This document shows positions 28,533 through 39,245 of a stretch of 64,000 nt of DNA, one piece after another. The position numbers and the translations under genes are program-made. How positions within the stretch are numbered: the stretch's first letter is position 1; every line of letters begins with the position of its first letter. The notes under the pieces are model-generated. The model had not been told where the DNA came from. It was given only the letters and a program-made list of their open reading frames with translations, and ran no database searches. The stretch is from Bugula neritina (Eukaryota > Animalia > Bryozoa): assembly GCA_964035545.1 (NCBI GenBank), contig OZ037773.1, positions 463,751 through 527,750 on the forward strand. Direction: 5' to 3'.

Positions 28533-29094
28533 TTTGAATGATCATTAGCCGATTGGCTGCAACGCATGGATTAAAGGTATTACACATAGCAAATAAATAT
28601 TCAGATTTATACAACTTTCTTGAGTGTCAGAGTAAAACAGTCACTCTAAATAACATATTATTATTGTCTTACCATATTTGAATGATTACTGTGTACACAA
28701 TATTTATGTGTCAAATAATACACAGATTTATGCCGCAAGTTGGGAGGGAGAAAAAGGCTAAACCTTCTGCAATTAGCGAAATGTGGTTAGAAATGTGTAT
28801 GATTTATGGAGCCTGACCAATCAAAATGGCACAGGTAAAAATGGAATAGGTAATAATAGCACAGGTTATAATGACAAAATTGGAAAAGTAAGTAAAAGTG
28901 GCTCTATCTTAGTGAGTAAAATGTTTATGCATTTAGTTTTAATGGACAAAAACCGCAACATAATATAACTAATTTTCATCAGTTTCATGGTGCTGGTCTT
29001 AATTGGATTGGCAAAAAAGTTCTCCAAACTTATGCTCAAAGACACTATTTTTGGTGCGACTATAGTCCCAAGCTTCCCTATATCAGTTTTATTT

Positions 29095-29401
29095 TGTGGT
29101 GGCTCGTGGAGCTACCAGCAGCACGATACACAGGGTCGCGTAATTGACCCGGAACAATGACAGCCAATTAGCGGCTCTAGTAGTTAGTAGCAGTAGTAGT
29201 TTTCCCGCTGTTAGTCAGTCGAAGTTAGAGTGTTGAATAGCCTAGATGTGTGGAATTATTAAATGTATTTGTATCGTTTTTGTAATGTGTTCTTGTGTCT
29301 AAAATATATACTCGTTCACTCGACTTAACCTGGTGAAGTTTTCTAGCAAGTAATTAGACTCTCTGGATTGCATATCAACCCTAATACTGAAAATCATAAC
29401 A
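29095..29401 (+). repeat. 5' LTR of outer element
   Basis: TGTGGTGGCTC...AATCATAACA, direct repeat of 40326-40632. Confidence 0.97.
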
Positions 29402-29402
29402 G

Positions 29403-29420
29403 TGGTGGCAGCGGTGGGAT
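29403..29420 (+). promoter_or_regulatory. Primer-binding site, tRNA-Leu
   Basis: TGGTGGCAGCGGTGGGAT is the 18-nt complement of the 3' end of metazoan tRNA-Leu(AAG/TAG), ATCCCACCGCTGCCA-CCA. Confidence 0.9.
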
Positions 29421-30163
29421 AGTGCACATCCAAGATGGAGACTGAAAACGCTGGAATGCAACCACCGGCAGTAGAAGGTGAGCGTAGAGACAATGCTGTA
29501 GAGACAATATGCCTGTCAACCATGTAGTAGAAGAGGGAAGGGTTCCGCGAGAACTAACTGAAGACCGCTACCGGTTAAAGGCGCCCACCTTCACGGGCGA
29601 AGAAGAGGTGGAGCAATTCATCCAAGAGTTTAGCGACGTAATGGACGTCGCCCAGTGGCCCCCTAGGGTGGCCCTGCTGAAGCTTAGAATGGCATTGATG
29701 GACAAAGCCAAGCCTTATGGGCTGGGCGTAGACATCGATAATATCTTTGCTTCTCTGCGGGCCCGCTTCGGCTTCTCTGCTACAGATGCCCGAGCCCGAC
29801 TGCAAAGGTTGCGGCGTGATTCCCGCACCCCGCTACGGGAACATGCCGCCGCGGTCATGAAGCTGGCACAGATCGCATACAGCGACTTGCCCCCAGTCAA
29901 CCGCGAGAGGTACACCCTTGACGCCTTTATAGCATCGGTCGACGATCTGGGTCTCCACTGTAATGTTTTGAATGTGTGCTGCATGCAATAGAGTTGTTTA
30001 TTATTACTGCATGAATCAGAAGATGTTTGGCAACTGTATGATGTCATATTTTGTATATATATAAGATGAAGATTTACAAATATAAGTTAGTTTTTAGCCC
30101 TCAACCGAGTGTAGTCTCTACAGCATAAACATATAATAACTGCAAATTAACACAACATAAAAT

Positions 30164-30176
30164 TGGCGACGAGGAT
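30164..30176 (+). promoter_or_regulatory. Primer-binding site, tRNA-Ser(GCT)
   Basis: TGGCGACGAGGAT is complementary to the tRNA-Ser(GCT) 3' end ATCCTCGTCG-CCA. Confidence 0.85.
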
Positions 30177-30206
30177 AATCTGATAGTGGCAGCTCAAGAT
30201 TTCAGA

Positions 30207-33166
30207 ATGACTACTGGATTTATACCGCAGTTTAGTGAGAAGATAGAACATTATATGCAGAGGTTAGAAAGTTATTTTCTTATACACAAGACAGATGCTG
30301 ACTTGAAGAAGCATGTACTGATTATGGGGCTTTCAGAGAGTCAATACGAAACTTTGACAGACTTGGTATCACCAGAGATGCCACAAGATGTCAGCTATGA
30401 CAATCTAGTACAGCAGCTAAAGAGGCATTATGGTACAGTGACAAATAAAATGGTTGAGAAGGCAAAGTTTAGAGAAGTCAAGAGATCACCGAATGAATCT
30501 GTGACAGACTTCGTGGCTAGACTGAGGGCACAAGCTAGATCATGTGAGTTTGGGAATGTGCTACATGATAATTTGCTTGAACAATTTAGAATAGGGGTGC
30601 AAAGTAAGACAATCAGAGAGAGGATAACTGCTATGGCAGCAGAACAGCAATCCAAGCTTCAAGCAGTGATAGATGTTGCACTGCAAGTTGAAGTTGATGA
30701 AAAGATGAACAGTGTCAAGTTAAACAGTGCACCGGAAACTGTTTCAGCCGTGAGAAATGGAAGGGTCAATAGTGGAGCAAGACCTAAGCATACAGAAAAT
30801 AATAGCAAAAGTCAAGCTATTTGCTACAGGTGCTCTAGGACCAGACATTTGGCGAGTAGTAACAGTTGTCCAGCAAAGGATAAAACGTGCAAGGACTGTG
30901 GCAGGAGAGGACATTTTGCCAAGTCGAAGTTCTGTAAAAGCACAACAAAGCACCATACAGTGGCAAAAGTAGAGGAGATGAGCGAGGAAACGTTGTTCGC
31001 TGTGAAGGGAAAATCTGAAATACCAAAATGTGATGTGACCGTTGTGGGTGAGAGTATTTTATTTCTAATTGACACAGGAGCTTGCAACAATATCATAGAT
31101 TTGGCTGCCTATAACAGGACCAAGCACAAAGTTATGTTGCGGCCAATAAGCGAGGCTTTGTATGCTTATGGCAGTGACAAGCAATTAAACATGATTGGTT
31201 GTTTTAATACTGAAATGGAGTGTGCTGCATATATTGCTAAGGCTACTGTGTATGTTTTTAATGGTTATGCTAAATGCTTACTAAGTGGTAAAACAGCCAC
31301 AGATTTACATCTCTTGTCTTTTGATAGTAATGTTTATAATGTAAGTGCTGAAAATCAGTGTGAAATTGTTAGACAATTTCCAGAAGTTTTTCAAGGTGTG
31401 GGAAAACTCAAAGGGGTGAAAGCAAAATTTCACGTTGATAAAACAGTAACACCAGTTGCTCAGCCAGTGCGTAGGTTACCATTGGGGTTCAAAGATAAGG
31501 TGAAGCAAAAGCTAGATGATTTGTTAGCTAATGACATTATTGAGCCCGTTGCTGGAGTTGGTACGACATGGGTGAGTCCATTGGTGGTAGTTTTGAAAGA
31601 TAATGGGGAAATCAGACAAACAGTTGACATGCGCCAGGCAAATAAGGCTATTTTGAGGGAAAGACACCCTATTCCAACTGTTAAAGAGATGCTAGCTAAT
31701 TTAGAAGGGGCTCAAGTTTTTTCAAAGTTGGACTTGAGGCAAGGTTTTCACCAGGTGGAAATTGAGGAAAATTCAAGGCCTATTACAACTTTTATCACAC
31801 CCTTTGGCTTGTTTAGATATAAAAAGCTAACGATGGGTACAAATGCCAGCCCAGAGCAATTTCAGTATATCATACAGCAAGCATTAGCAGGTTTGGCAGG
31901 AGTCCAAAATATGGCTGACGATATTATTTTATTTGCATCAAACAGGCTAGAGCATGATGAGAGGTTGAAAGCATTACTTTTGAGACTCAAACAAGTAGGC
32001 TTGACACTGAATGCTAGCAAGTGTGAATTTAGAGTTAGCTCAGTGAAGTTCCTTGGCTTTATTATCTCAGGTAGCGGAATTTCAGCTGACCCAGAGAAAG
32101 TTAAATCAATAGTTGAATTTCAACCACCGAAAAATGCGACTGATTGCAGGAGCTTTCTTGGCTTGGTAAATTTTGTGGGAAAATTTATTCCAGATTTAGC
32201 TAGTGTATCAGAGCCTATTAGGCAAGTCACTCGAAAGTCTGTTCAGTTCACTTGGGGTAAAGAACAGCAAGGTGCTTTTAACAAGATTAAAACTCTCATG
32301 GCCAATGCTAAGACGCTGGCTCATTTTGATTCAAAATTGAAAACCAGTGTTGTGGTTGATGCTAGCCCATTTGCATTAGGAGCTGTTTTAGTGCAGGGAG
32401 ATAGAGTGGTGGCATATGGACACCGCGGGTTGACAAATGTTGAGCGTAGATATAGTCAAACAGAGAGGGAGGCTTTGGCAATAGTGTGGGCCTGTGAACA
32501 TTTCATGATGTACTTGTTAGGCATTGAGTTCGAGCTAATAACAGACCACAGACCCCTAGCATTTATATTTAATAATCCTAGCTCTAAGCCAGTTCCTAGG
32601 ATAGAGAGGTGGTCATTACGCTTGCAGTCATTTAGATTTACAGTGAAATATAAACCTGGAAAAGGAAACATAGCTGATCCACTCTCTAGGCTGTGTAATG
32701 TGATGAATCACAAAGTAAACAGCATTGCTACAGTAGCAGCAGATGATTATGCTAGGCAGATTGTCAAAGGGGCAGTGCCAATAGCTATTAAATGGAAAGA
32801 CTTGGTAGCTAAGTCTAGTTCATGCAAAGAATATGCAGATGCTAGAAGTGGGGCTAGGGAATCTGAAGTAGAAGTAGGGGATGAAGTTTGTTGAGGGAGG
32901 AGGATAAAGGAAAATTAAGTTGCAACTTTGGCAATGATAGGCATGTAGTAACATCCAAACAGGGCTCCGATATTGTATGTGAAAACCCAAGCAATGGCAA
33001 GGTTACGAGGCGCAATTCGACTTTTGTCAAAGTTATCCCCAAAACACCTAGTTTAAATAAGAATGATTCACCTGTGGGTGATGCCAACACCCAGCAAAGG
33101 CCTCAACGTGTTAGAAAACAACCTGATTGGTATGGGGATGTGGTAATTCATGCACTGGATGAGTAA
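30207..33166 (+). CDS. Gag-Pol of inner element (gag, protease, RT, RNase H; integrase HHCC and DDE core missing; tail frameshifted at ~32888)
   Basis: Knuckles CYRCSRTRH...C and CKDCGRRGH...C; protease FLIDTGA; RT KLDLRQGFHQ and NMADDII; RNase H VDASPF, EREALA, TDHRPL, IADPLSRL; then a jump to integrase C-terminal KEYADAR..VGDEV and RPQRVRKQPDW. Confidence 0.93.
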
Positions 33167-33248
33167 TATAAGATAATAATGAAATCTTTCAAATCCCAAT
33201 TTGAGATTGCCACACCTTTTAGCAATATTTACTTATGATAGTCTAAAT

Positions 33249-33587
33249 CAGGGCTGTCCAACAGGCGGCCCTAGGGCCGGATGTGGCCCGCAGCCTACAT
33301 TTATGTGGCCCTCGAAGGCATAAAGCTAAAATTATTTTTCACTGTTTACATGAATTAAAATAAAAAGCCACCTTTTAAATGCCTTATTTATACAAATAAC
33401 ACAAAAAATGCAGCTGGCAGTAACTATTGAGACTTAATTGTGTAATGATTCATAAAGTTTTGGAATAAAGTAGTTTGAAAAATACTGATGCTGTGGCCCC
33501 CAGCACAAGCTGAAGCTTACAATGTAGCCCTCCACATAAAATATTTCATTTCTGTGGCCCTCGGTTTGAAAAGGTTGGACACCCCTG
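33249..33587. mobile_element. hAT (Charlie/Buster-like) MITE in the 3' UTR of the inner element
   Basis: TIRs CAGGGCTGTCCAAC and GTTGGACACCCCTG (13/14 match); perfect 8-bp TSD GTCTAAAT (33241-33248, 33588-33595); subterminal TGTGGCCC repeats. Confidence 0.95.
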
Positions 33588-34352
33588 GTCTAAATGCTGT
33601 TTGTTTTTGTTAAAGCTACTATATTTGATGAGTAGCTAACTGTTTATAAATTGCTGTTTATTAGAAATTACTATTTTATCTTAACTTAGTCTAGAGCACT
33701 TGTGAAACTAATTACTTTTAGATGTTATGGGTAATTAATTATCTTTTTGAAGAAAAGAAGGGTTGTAATGTTTTGAATGTGTGCTGCATGCAATAGAGTT
33801 GTTGATTATTACTGCATGAATCAGAAGATGTTTGGCAACTGTATGATGTCATATTCTGTATATATATAAGATGAAGATTTACAAATATAAGTTAGTTTTT
33901 AGCCCTCAACCGAGTGTAGTCTCTACAGCATAAACATATAATAACTGCAAATTAACACAACATAAAATCCACCACCAGTTTCTAGCTAGGGGAGTCACCA
34001 CCGTTGAAGATGCTCTGACAGAGGGGGAAGCTTACCTCTTAGCCAATCAGATGCATAAAAGTCGCGGGAACTCCCGTCAAGTGGAGGTAGACCGCGCGGA
34101 CACGGCAGCGGGACGAGAGGAGGAAACCTCCGCAACGGCTGCCGTGGCTCAGTTAGCAACAGCATCGAAAGTCACTCAACTGACTGACATGCTGGCCAAA
34201 CTGATAGCAACACTGACACCCCAAACCCCAGTAGGTACCGCCGCTGAGCCCCTACGGCTACCGGCGCCGCCACCGGGGGAAACGGTCAGTTTTTGCTGGG
34301 AATGCGGAAATCAAGGACATTTTCGCAGGCACTGTCCCTTCCTAACTCCGGG

Positions 34353-34417
34353 GTTAAACTACTGCGGCCCGCAGATGTTCCCACCTTTTGCGGGCCGACG
34401 ATGAAACCTCCAGGGAA
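34353..34417 (+). promoter_or_regulatory. Candidate -1 ribosomal frameshift signal between gag and pol
   Basis: G TTA AAC in the gag frame, 5-nt spacer, 11-bp stem (34365-34375 with 34387-34397); the pol frame is -1 relative to gag and open across the site. Confidence 0.7.
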
Positions 34418-37400
34418 GAAGAAACGCAGGTCACCCAGACGGGTGCCGCGTGCTGGCAACCAACAGTGGCAACAGGCGCGACGGACCAGCAAAGGGCTTC
34501 GCCCCGCCGCTACATTTTCCATGCCCCTCCACAGTCGATTCGACGGGCTACCAGCCCAAGAATCTGGATGGGAGCCAGCAAAGGTAGCCGGAAATCTAGC
34601 CTCGGCATCTCCAAGGCCCACTTACCACCATCCCAAGAGACCTCCTTCGCGACCCGAAGCGAGGGAGGTACTCCCTGCGAGAGCAAGGCCTGAAGAGAGC
34701 GTTCAGGTGTAGCCCCATGGGAACAGCTATTTCTTGCCCGGTAAATTGGAAGGCAAAGCTGTCACTTTCCTCATTGACTCGGGCTGTACCACAAACCTCC
34801 TAAGCCGCCAACTCTTCGACACCCTCAGTGCTAGGGTCAGGGGCGAGATGGAATCGTACGAGGGAGAGTATGGCACCCTAGCTGACGGGTCATGCCTTCC
34901 CTTTTATGGTATAATTGAGCTGACGGGACGGGTCCGTGATTAAACGATCCAAGAGACTTTTATCGTCAGTCAGCTCAAAGAGGACGCCATCCTCGGGATG
35001 CCATTCCTAAAACGGCACGGATGTCACGTCGATTTTAGTAAATCTGCGATGGTGATGTCCGGGCGAGAACTCACCTGCGTCGACAAGTTCGGCCGCCCTT
35101 TAGTGGGAGGTGTGCAGGTGGTACGCAACCGTACCATACCAGGCCGCTCCCGGGCTACCATTCACTGCAAGGTGAACAATAGCTGGATCTCTGGACTCGG
35201 GGTAGTCGAAGGCGCGCACGAAAGGATCCAACTTGCCAGCAGTCTGAACCAGCTGACTGAGCAAGGGGAGATCTTAGTGCAGTGCGACAACCCCTTTATC
35301 GAGTCTGTCAAGCTTCCGGCTGGGTCTATGCTGGGCCGGTTTCACTCCGTTCAGGAGGAGGACGTGGGCCCGTCGCTGGGTGACGCGACGGAGGCACCCC
35401 CTTGGCACCCTACTCAAGGGCGAGGGACAGTCCCAGCACATCTCCGGGAGTTATAGAAACAGCCTGTGGTGGCTGCGCGAGTAACAAGGAGCGGCAAGCT
35501 ATGGCGGAGTTGCTACGCGACTACGGTGATGTGTTCAGCAGCGGAGATCATGACGTGGGACTGACTGGAGTTGTCAGACACGAAATACCGCTGACTGCAG
35601 GGACGGCCCCTGTCCGGCAACCCACACGCAGGCTGGGGCCGGAAAAAGAGAAGGAGGTTAGCCGACAAGTACGGGATCTTCTGGACCGCGGCCTCATAGA
35701 GCCCGCCCATAGTGCGTGGAGCTCGCCGGTCGTACTGGTCCGGAAGAAAGACGGCAGTTGGCGGTTCTGTGTGGATTACCGCAAACTCAATAGCGTAACC
35801 ATACAGGACGCCTACCCTCTACCTCGTATTGACGAGTCATTGGATGCCCTAGTCGGCAGCAAGTACTTCAGTACGTTAGACTTGCTGAGTGGCTACTGGC
35901 AAGTTCCTCTGAGTCCCGACGCCCAGGAGAAAGCGGCGTTTATCACACGGGACGGTTTGTGGAAGTGGAAGGTGTTGCCTTTCGGGTTAACCTCCGCCCC
36001 AGCCACCTTCCAGAGGCTGATGGAGCAAGTCCTCAGCGGGCTCCATTGGAAGACACTGCTGATCTACCTCGATGATATCATCGTGATCTCCCCAGACTTC
36101 GAGACGCATGTCAGTCGTCTGCGGGAGGTCTTCAAGAGACTCCGAGGTGCCGGTTTTAAGCTCAAACCTTCCAAGTGCGCTCTATTACAGCCGGAGATAA
36201 AGTACCTGGGGCACGTTGTCGGTCGAAACCGCGTGGCAACGGATCCCGAAAAGGTACGGGCGATAGAAGACTGGGTCACCCCTCAAGACTTGACCGGACT
36301 TCGGGCTTTCTTGGGGCTGGTAGGGTATTACAGGCAATACATACCAGACTTTGCGGGCATAGCACAGCCATTAAACCGGCTCACCGCAAAGGGGGTGACG
36401 TGGCAGTAGACCCCAGTCGAACAAGGAGCGTTCGACCGCCTCAAGGGTTGCCTACTAACGGCGCCCATCTTGGCCTACCCAGACCCCACTCTGGAGTACA
36501 TCCTCGACACTGACGCCAGTGACCAAAATGTTGGCGCTGTGCTGTCTCAAGTGCAGGAAGGCCGAGAGGTGGTAGTAGCCTACTACAGCAAGTCTCTCTC
36601 ACCCACTGAACGAAATTACTGCACTACCCGCAAGGAGCTGTTGGCAGTAATCAAGTCAGTGAAGCACTTCAGACCATACTTATACGGCAGGAAGTTCCGG
36701 CTGCGTACGGACCATGCCTCGCTGATCTGGTTGTGCAAGAGAGCAGAGCTCTCCAGTCAGGTCGCCCAGTGGCTCGAAGTCCTAGCTGAGTTCTCGTATC
36801 GGATCGAACATCGACCGGGCAAGAGACACAGCAATGCAGATGGGTTGAGCCGCCGACCTGATGGAGGCTGCAAACAGTGTCTCAACATCGAGAGGAAAGA
36901 CGGAGGTCCCCCGCGATGCGAGTTGGAGACATTGGCTCACCACGGAGCACCGTTTGACTGGGACCAGGGTCAACTCAGGCAGGAGGTTGACGAGTCCCCG
37001 GAAGTTATACAAAATCTCCGCACCAATCCTGTACTGGCCGATAATGTCCAGGAGCTGAAGAAGCTCCAGGAAAAGCTGCCTGGGGTAGTGGCAGACACAT
37101 ATCGGGCCAAAAGGGACAGGCGACGACCCAGCGAGGAACGCATACGGCAAGGATGCGCCGAGTTCCGGCTACTCTGCCAGCGTTGGGACTCGCTGAGGAT
37201 CGGGCAGGATGGTCTATTGACCATTTCTCTAGCTGCCAACGGCAGACACCCGGAGAGGAAAAGGGTGGTCTGCCCCAGCGCCATACGCCGCGAGTTAATT
37301 TGGGACACTCACAAACAGGCCCACGCAGGGGTCATGAGAGTGATCTCCAAATTGCAACTCCGGTGATATTGGCCCAAAATGGGGCGGGATGTCCGGCTCA

Positions 37401-38930
37401 GAGTAAAGCAGTGCGAAATTTGCCAGGCCAGCAAGCATGGCCGTCTCCCTGGTGAAGCGGGACGGCGGAGGCTATATGCTGGCAGGCTGTGGCAGGTGGT
37501 AGCTGTTGACCTGGTCGGACCCATGCCCCTGACCCCCAGAGGCAATAGTTGGATCTTAGTACTGACCGACCACTTTACTAGGTGGGCGGATGCTCTGGCT
37601 ATCCCAGTTGCGTCAGCCCCAACAGTGGCCAGGGCGCTAGACCAACATGTATTCTGTTATTTCGGACTCCCCGAACAGATACACTCTGACCAAGGTGCGC
37701 AGTTTCAGTCCCAACTGATGAGCAACCTTTGCCGCCTCTGGGGAGTGAATCAGAGCAAGACCACTCCTTACTACCCCCAAGGTAACGGGGTGGTGGAGCG
37801 CAATAACCGAATGCTAGGTGATGCGCTCCGGAGTCTTCTCCTCGGACGCAGTCAAGAGGAATGGGACACGGTATTGCCACAAGTCATGCGTGCATACCGT
37901 AGCACCCCACACACCAGCACTGGTAAGACCCCAAACCTCTTGATGCTCGGGAGAGAGACCCGAGTCCCTGACCATCTCACCTACCACGTTTCAGAGCGAG
38001 ACAACTCGATTCACGAGTATGCCAGTGAACTAGTGGAACGGATGAAGGTCGCACACGGTATACTGCGCGAACAGCAGTGGAAGGTGCGACACGAAGATTC
38101 CGAGGAACCACCCCTCTACCAGACGGGGGATAAGGTGTGGATGGTCAACTACCGTAGGCGTCGCGGACAGGCGGCTAAGCTACAGCCTAAGTTCGTGGGA
38201 CCCTACGTGATCATCGAGGCGATGCCCAACCATACGTACAAGATTGAGCACTCAGGACAGGTGTCTATCCAGAATGAGTCTCGCTTGAAGCCGAATTGGG
38301 CTAGCCCCGACGTGGTGGGAGAAGCCCCCCCCCCCCCCGTTGTTGGAGCCCAGGAGGCAGACAACAACGCGTGGGCGACGGTGGCAGGGACCCGAATATG
38401 AAGTGGTCGTATCGCGGGAAAAAGACTTGGTGAGAGACGAGCGACCGCTTTTACCAATAGAAGTGCGTCCGCCCCCGCCAAGTCTGATTCCATCACTTCC
38501 AGAAACCGAGCCGGTTCCGGAAGTGCAAACCCCCACGGAAGGAGGGGCTCCATCCGGAGAACAAGAAGAAGTGACCACTAACGGTGAAGTAGAAACGCCA
38601 CCAGGGGCCCCTAATAAAACACCCACGAGTGCGTCACCTCCCCTGGAGCGGGGACAACGTACGAGGCAACCCCCCGCATACTTGAAGGACTTCATATGTG
38701 ACTGCATTAAAAGCGGCACGTACGAAAGTCTGGGGGAAAACCGTACGGGGAAAGTATCGAGCAAAAGTGGGAGTTGTCAACACCATGGAAATATCAACTT
38801 TGGTATCGGCGGAAGTAGAAACAAAATTCATCCGCCGGATACACAAAGTCTTAATCACGCACCCCAACCACGTTGCTCGATCTTTTCATATGCTGATGCA
38901 GTCAAGAGTAGACGTGTTCCTAATCAGTAG
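34353..38930 (+). pseudogene. pol: pol of outer element (protease, RT, RNase H, integrase) with 4 in-frame stops and 2 frameshifts
   Basis: FLIDSGC (PR); LDLLSGYWQ, LPFGL, YLDD (RT); DTDAS, KELLA, TDH, NADGLSR (RH); H-H-C-C, AVDLVGP, HSDQG, VERNNR, PKFVGPY (IN). Stops at 34710, 34941, 36407 and 37364; frameshifts near 35454 and in the poly-C run at ~38326-38338. Confidence 0.95.
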
Positions 38931-39245
38931 TCCAAACCATTTCACAAATTCAGTATGTCTTACGACAACGGATCGTGGGGTGAGATAACTTTATCTTGAT
39001 ATGGAAACTAGATTGCATCACTCAGCTCCGACTCACCGAGTCAAATGAGCTGGAGATAGGCTAGTGAAATACCGTGGTAAGAACTCATTTTGACTTAGAG
39101 ATTTTATAATCTCATTGCAAAACGTGTTCTATCTGACTATTCACTACCATAAATCTCTACGAGTGTAACTGAACGAGAAGTTGCCAGGCTGTTTAAGCTG
39201 ACAACACTGCAGTGTATTATACTAACGCTGTTGAAACTCTTTCAG

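Larger units (their letters stand above)
29959..33967 (+). mobile_element. Nested Ty3/gypsy element (Mag-like) with the integrase core deleted
   Basis: 199-bp LTRs 29959-30157 and 33764-33962 (2 differences); TSD TCCAC (29954-29958, 33968-33972); tRNA-Ser PBS; PPT GAAGAAAAGAAGGG at ~33749-33762; single gag-pol ORF with a double zinc knuckle. Confidence 0.96.
29435..34404 (+). pseudogene. gag: gag of outer element, split by the nested element
   Basis: Removing the insert and one TSD copy joins ...DDLGLH to HQFLARGVTTVEDALTEGEAYLLANQMHK... in frame, ending with the CWECGNQGHFRRHC zinc knuckle. The first ATG (29435) is out of frame with the 29509 ORF; a repeat of GTAGAGACAAT with 14-bp period at 29484-29508 would explain the shift. 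Confidence 0.9.

Noticed and set aside
29959-33962. Inner LTRs more diverged than outer LTRs as an age paradox
   Set aside because: 2/199 versus 1/307 mismatches is within sampling noise
34286-38867. Antisense and alternate-frame ORFs overlapping pol
   Set aside because: Expected by chance in GC-rich coding DNA; no recognisable motifs
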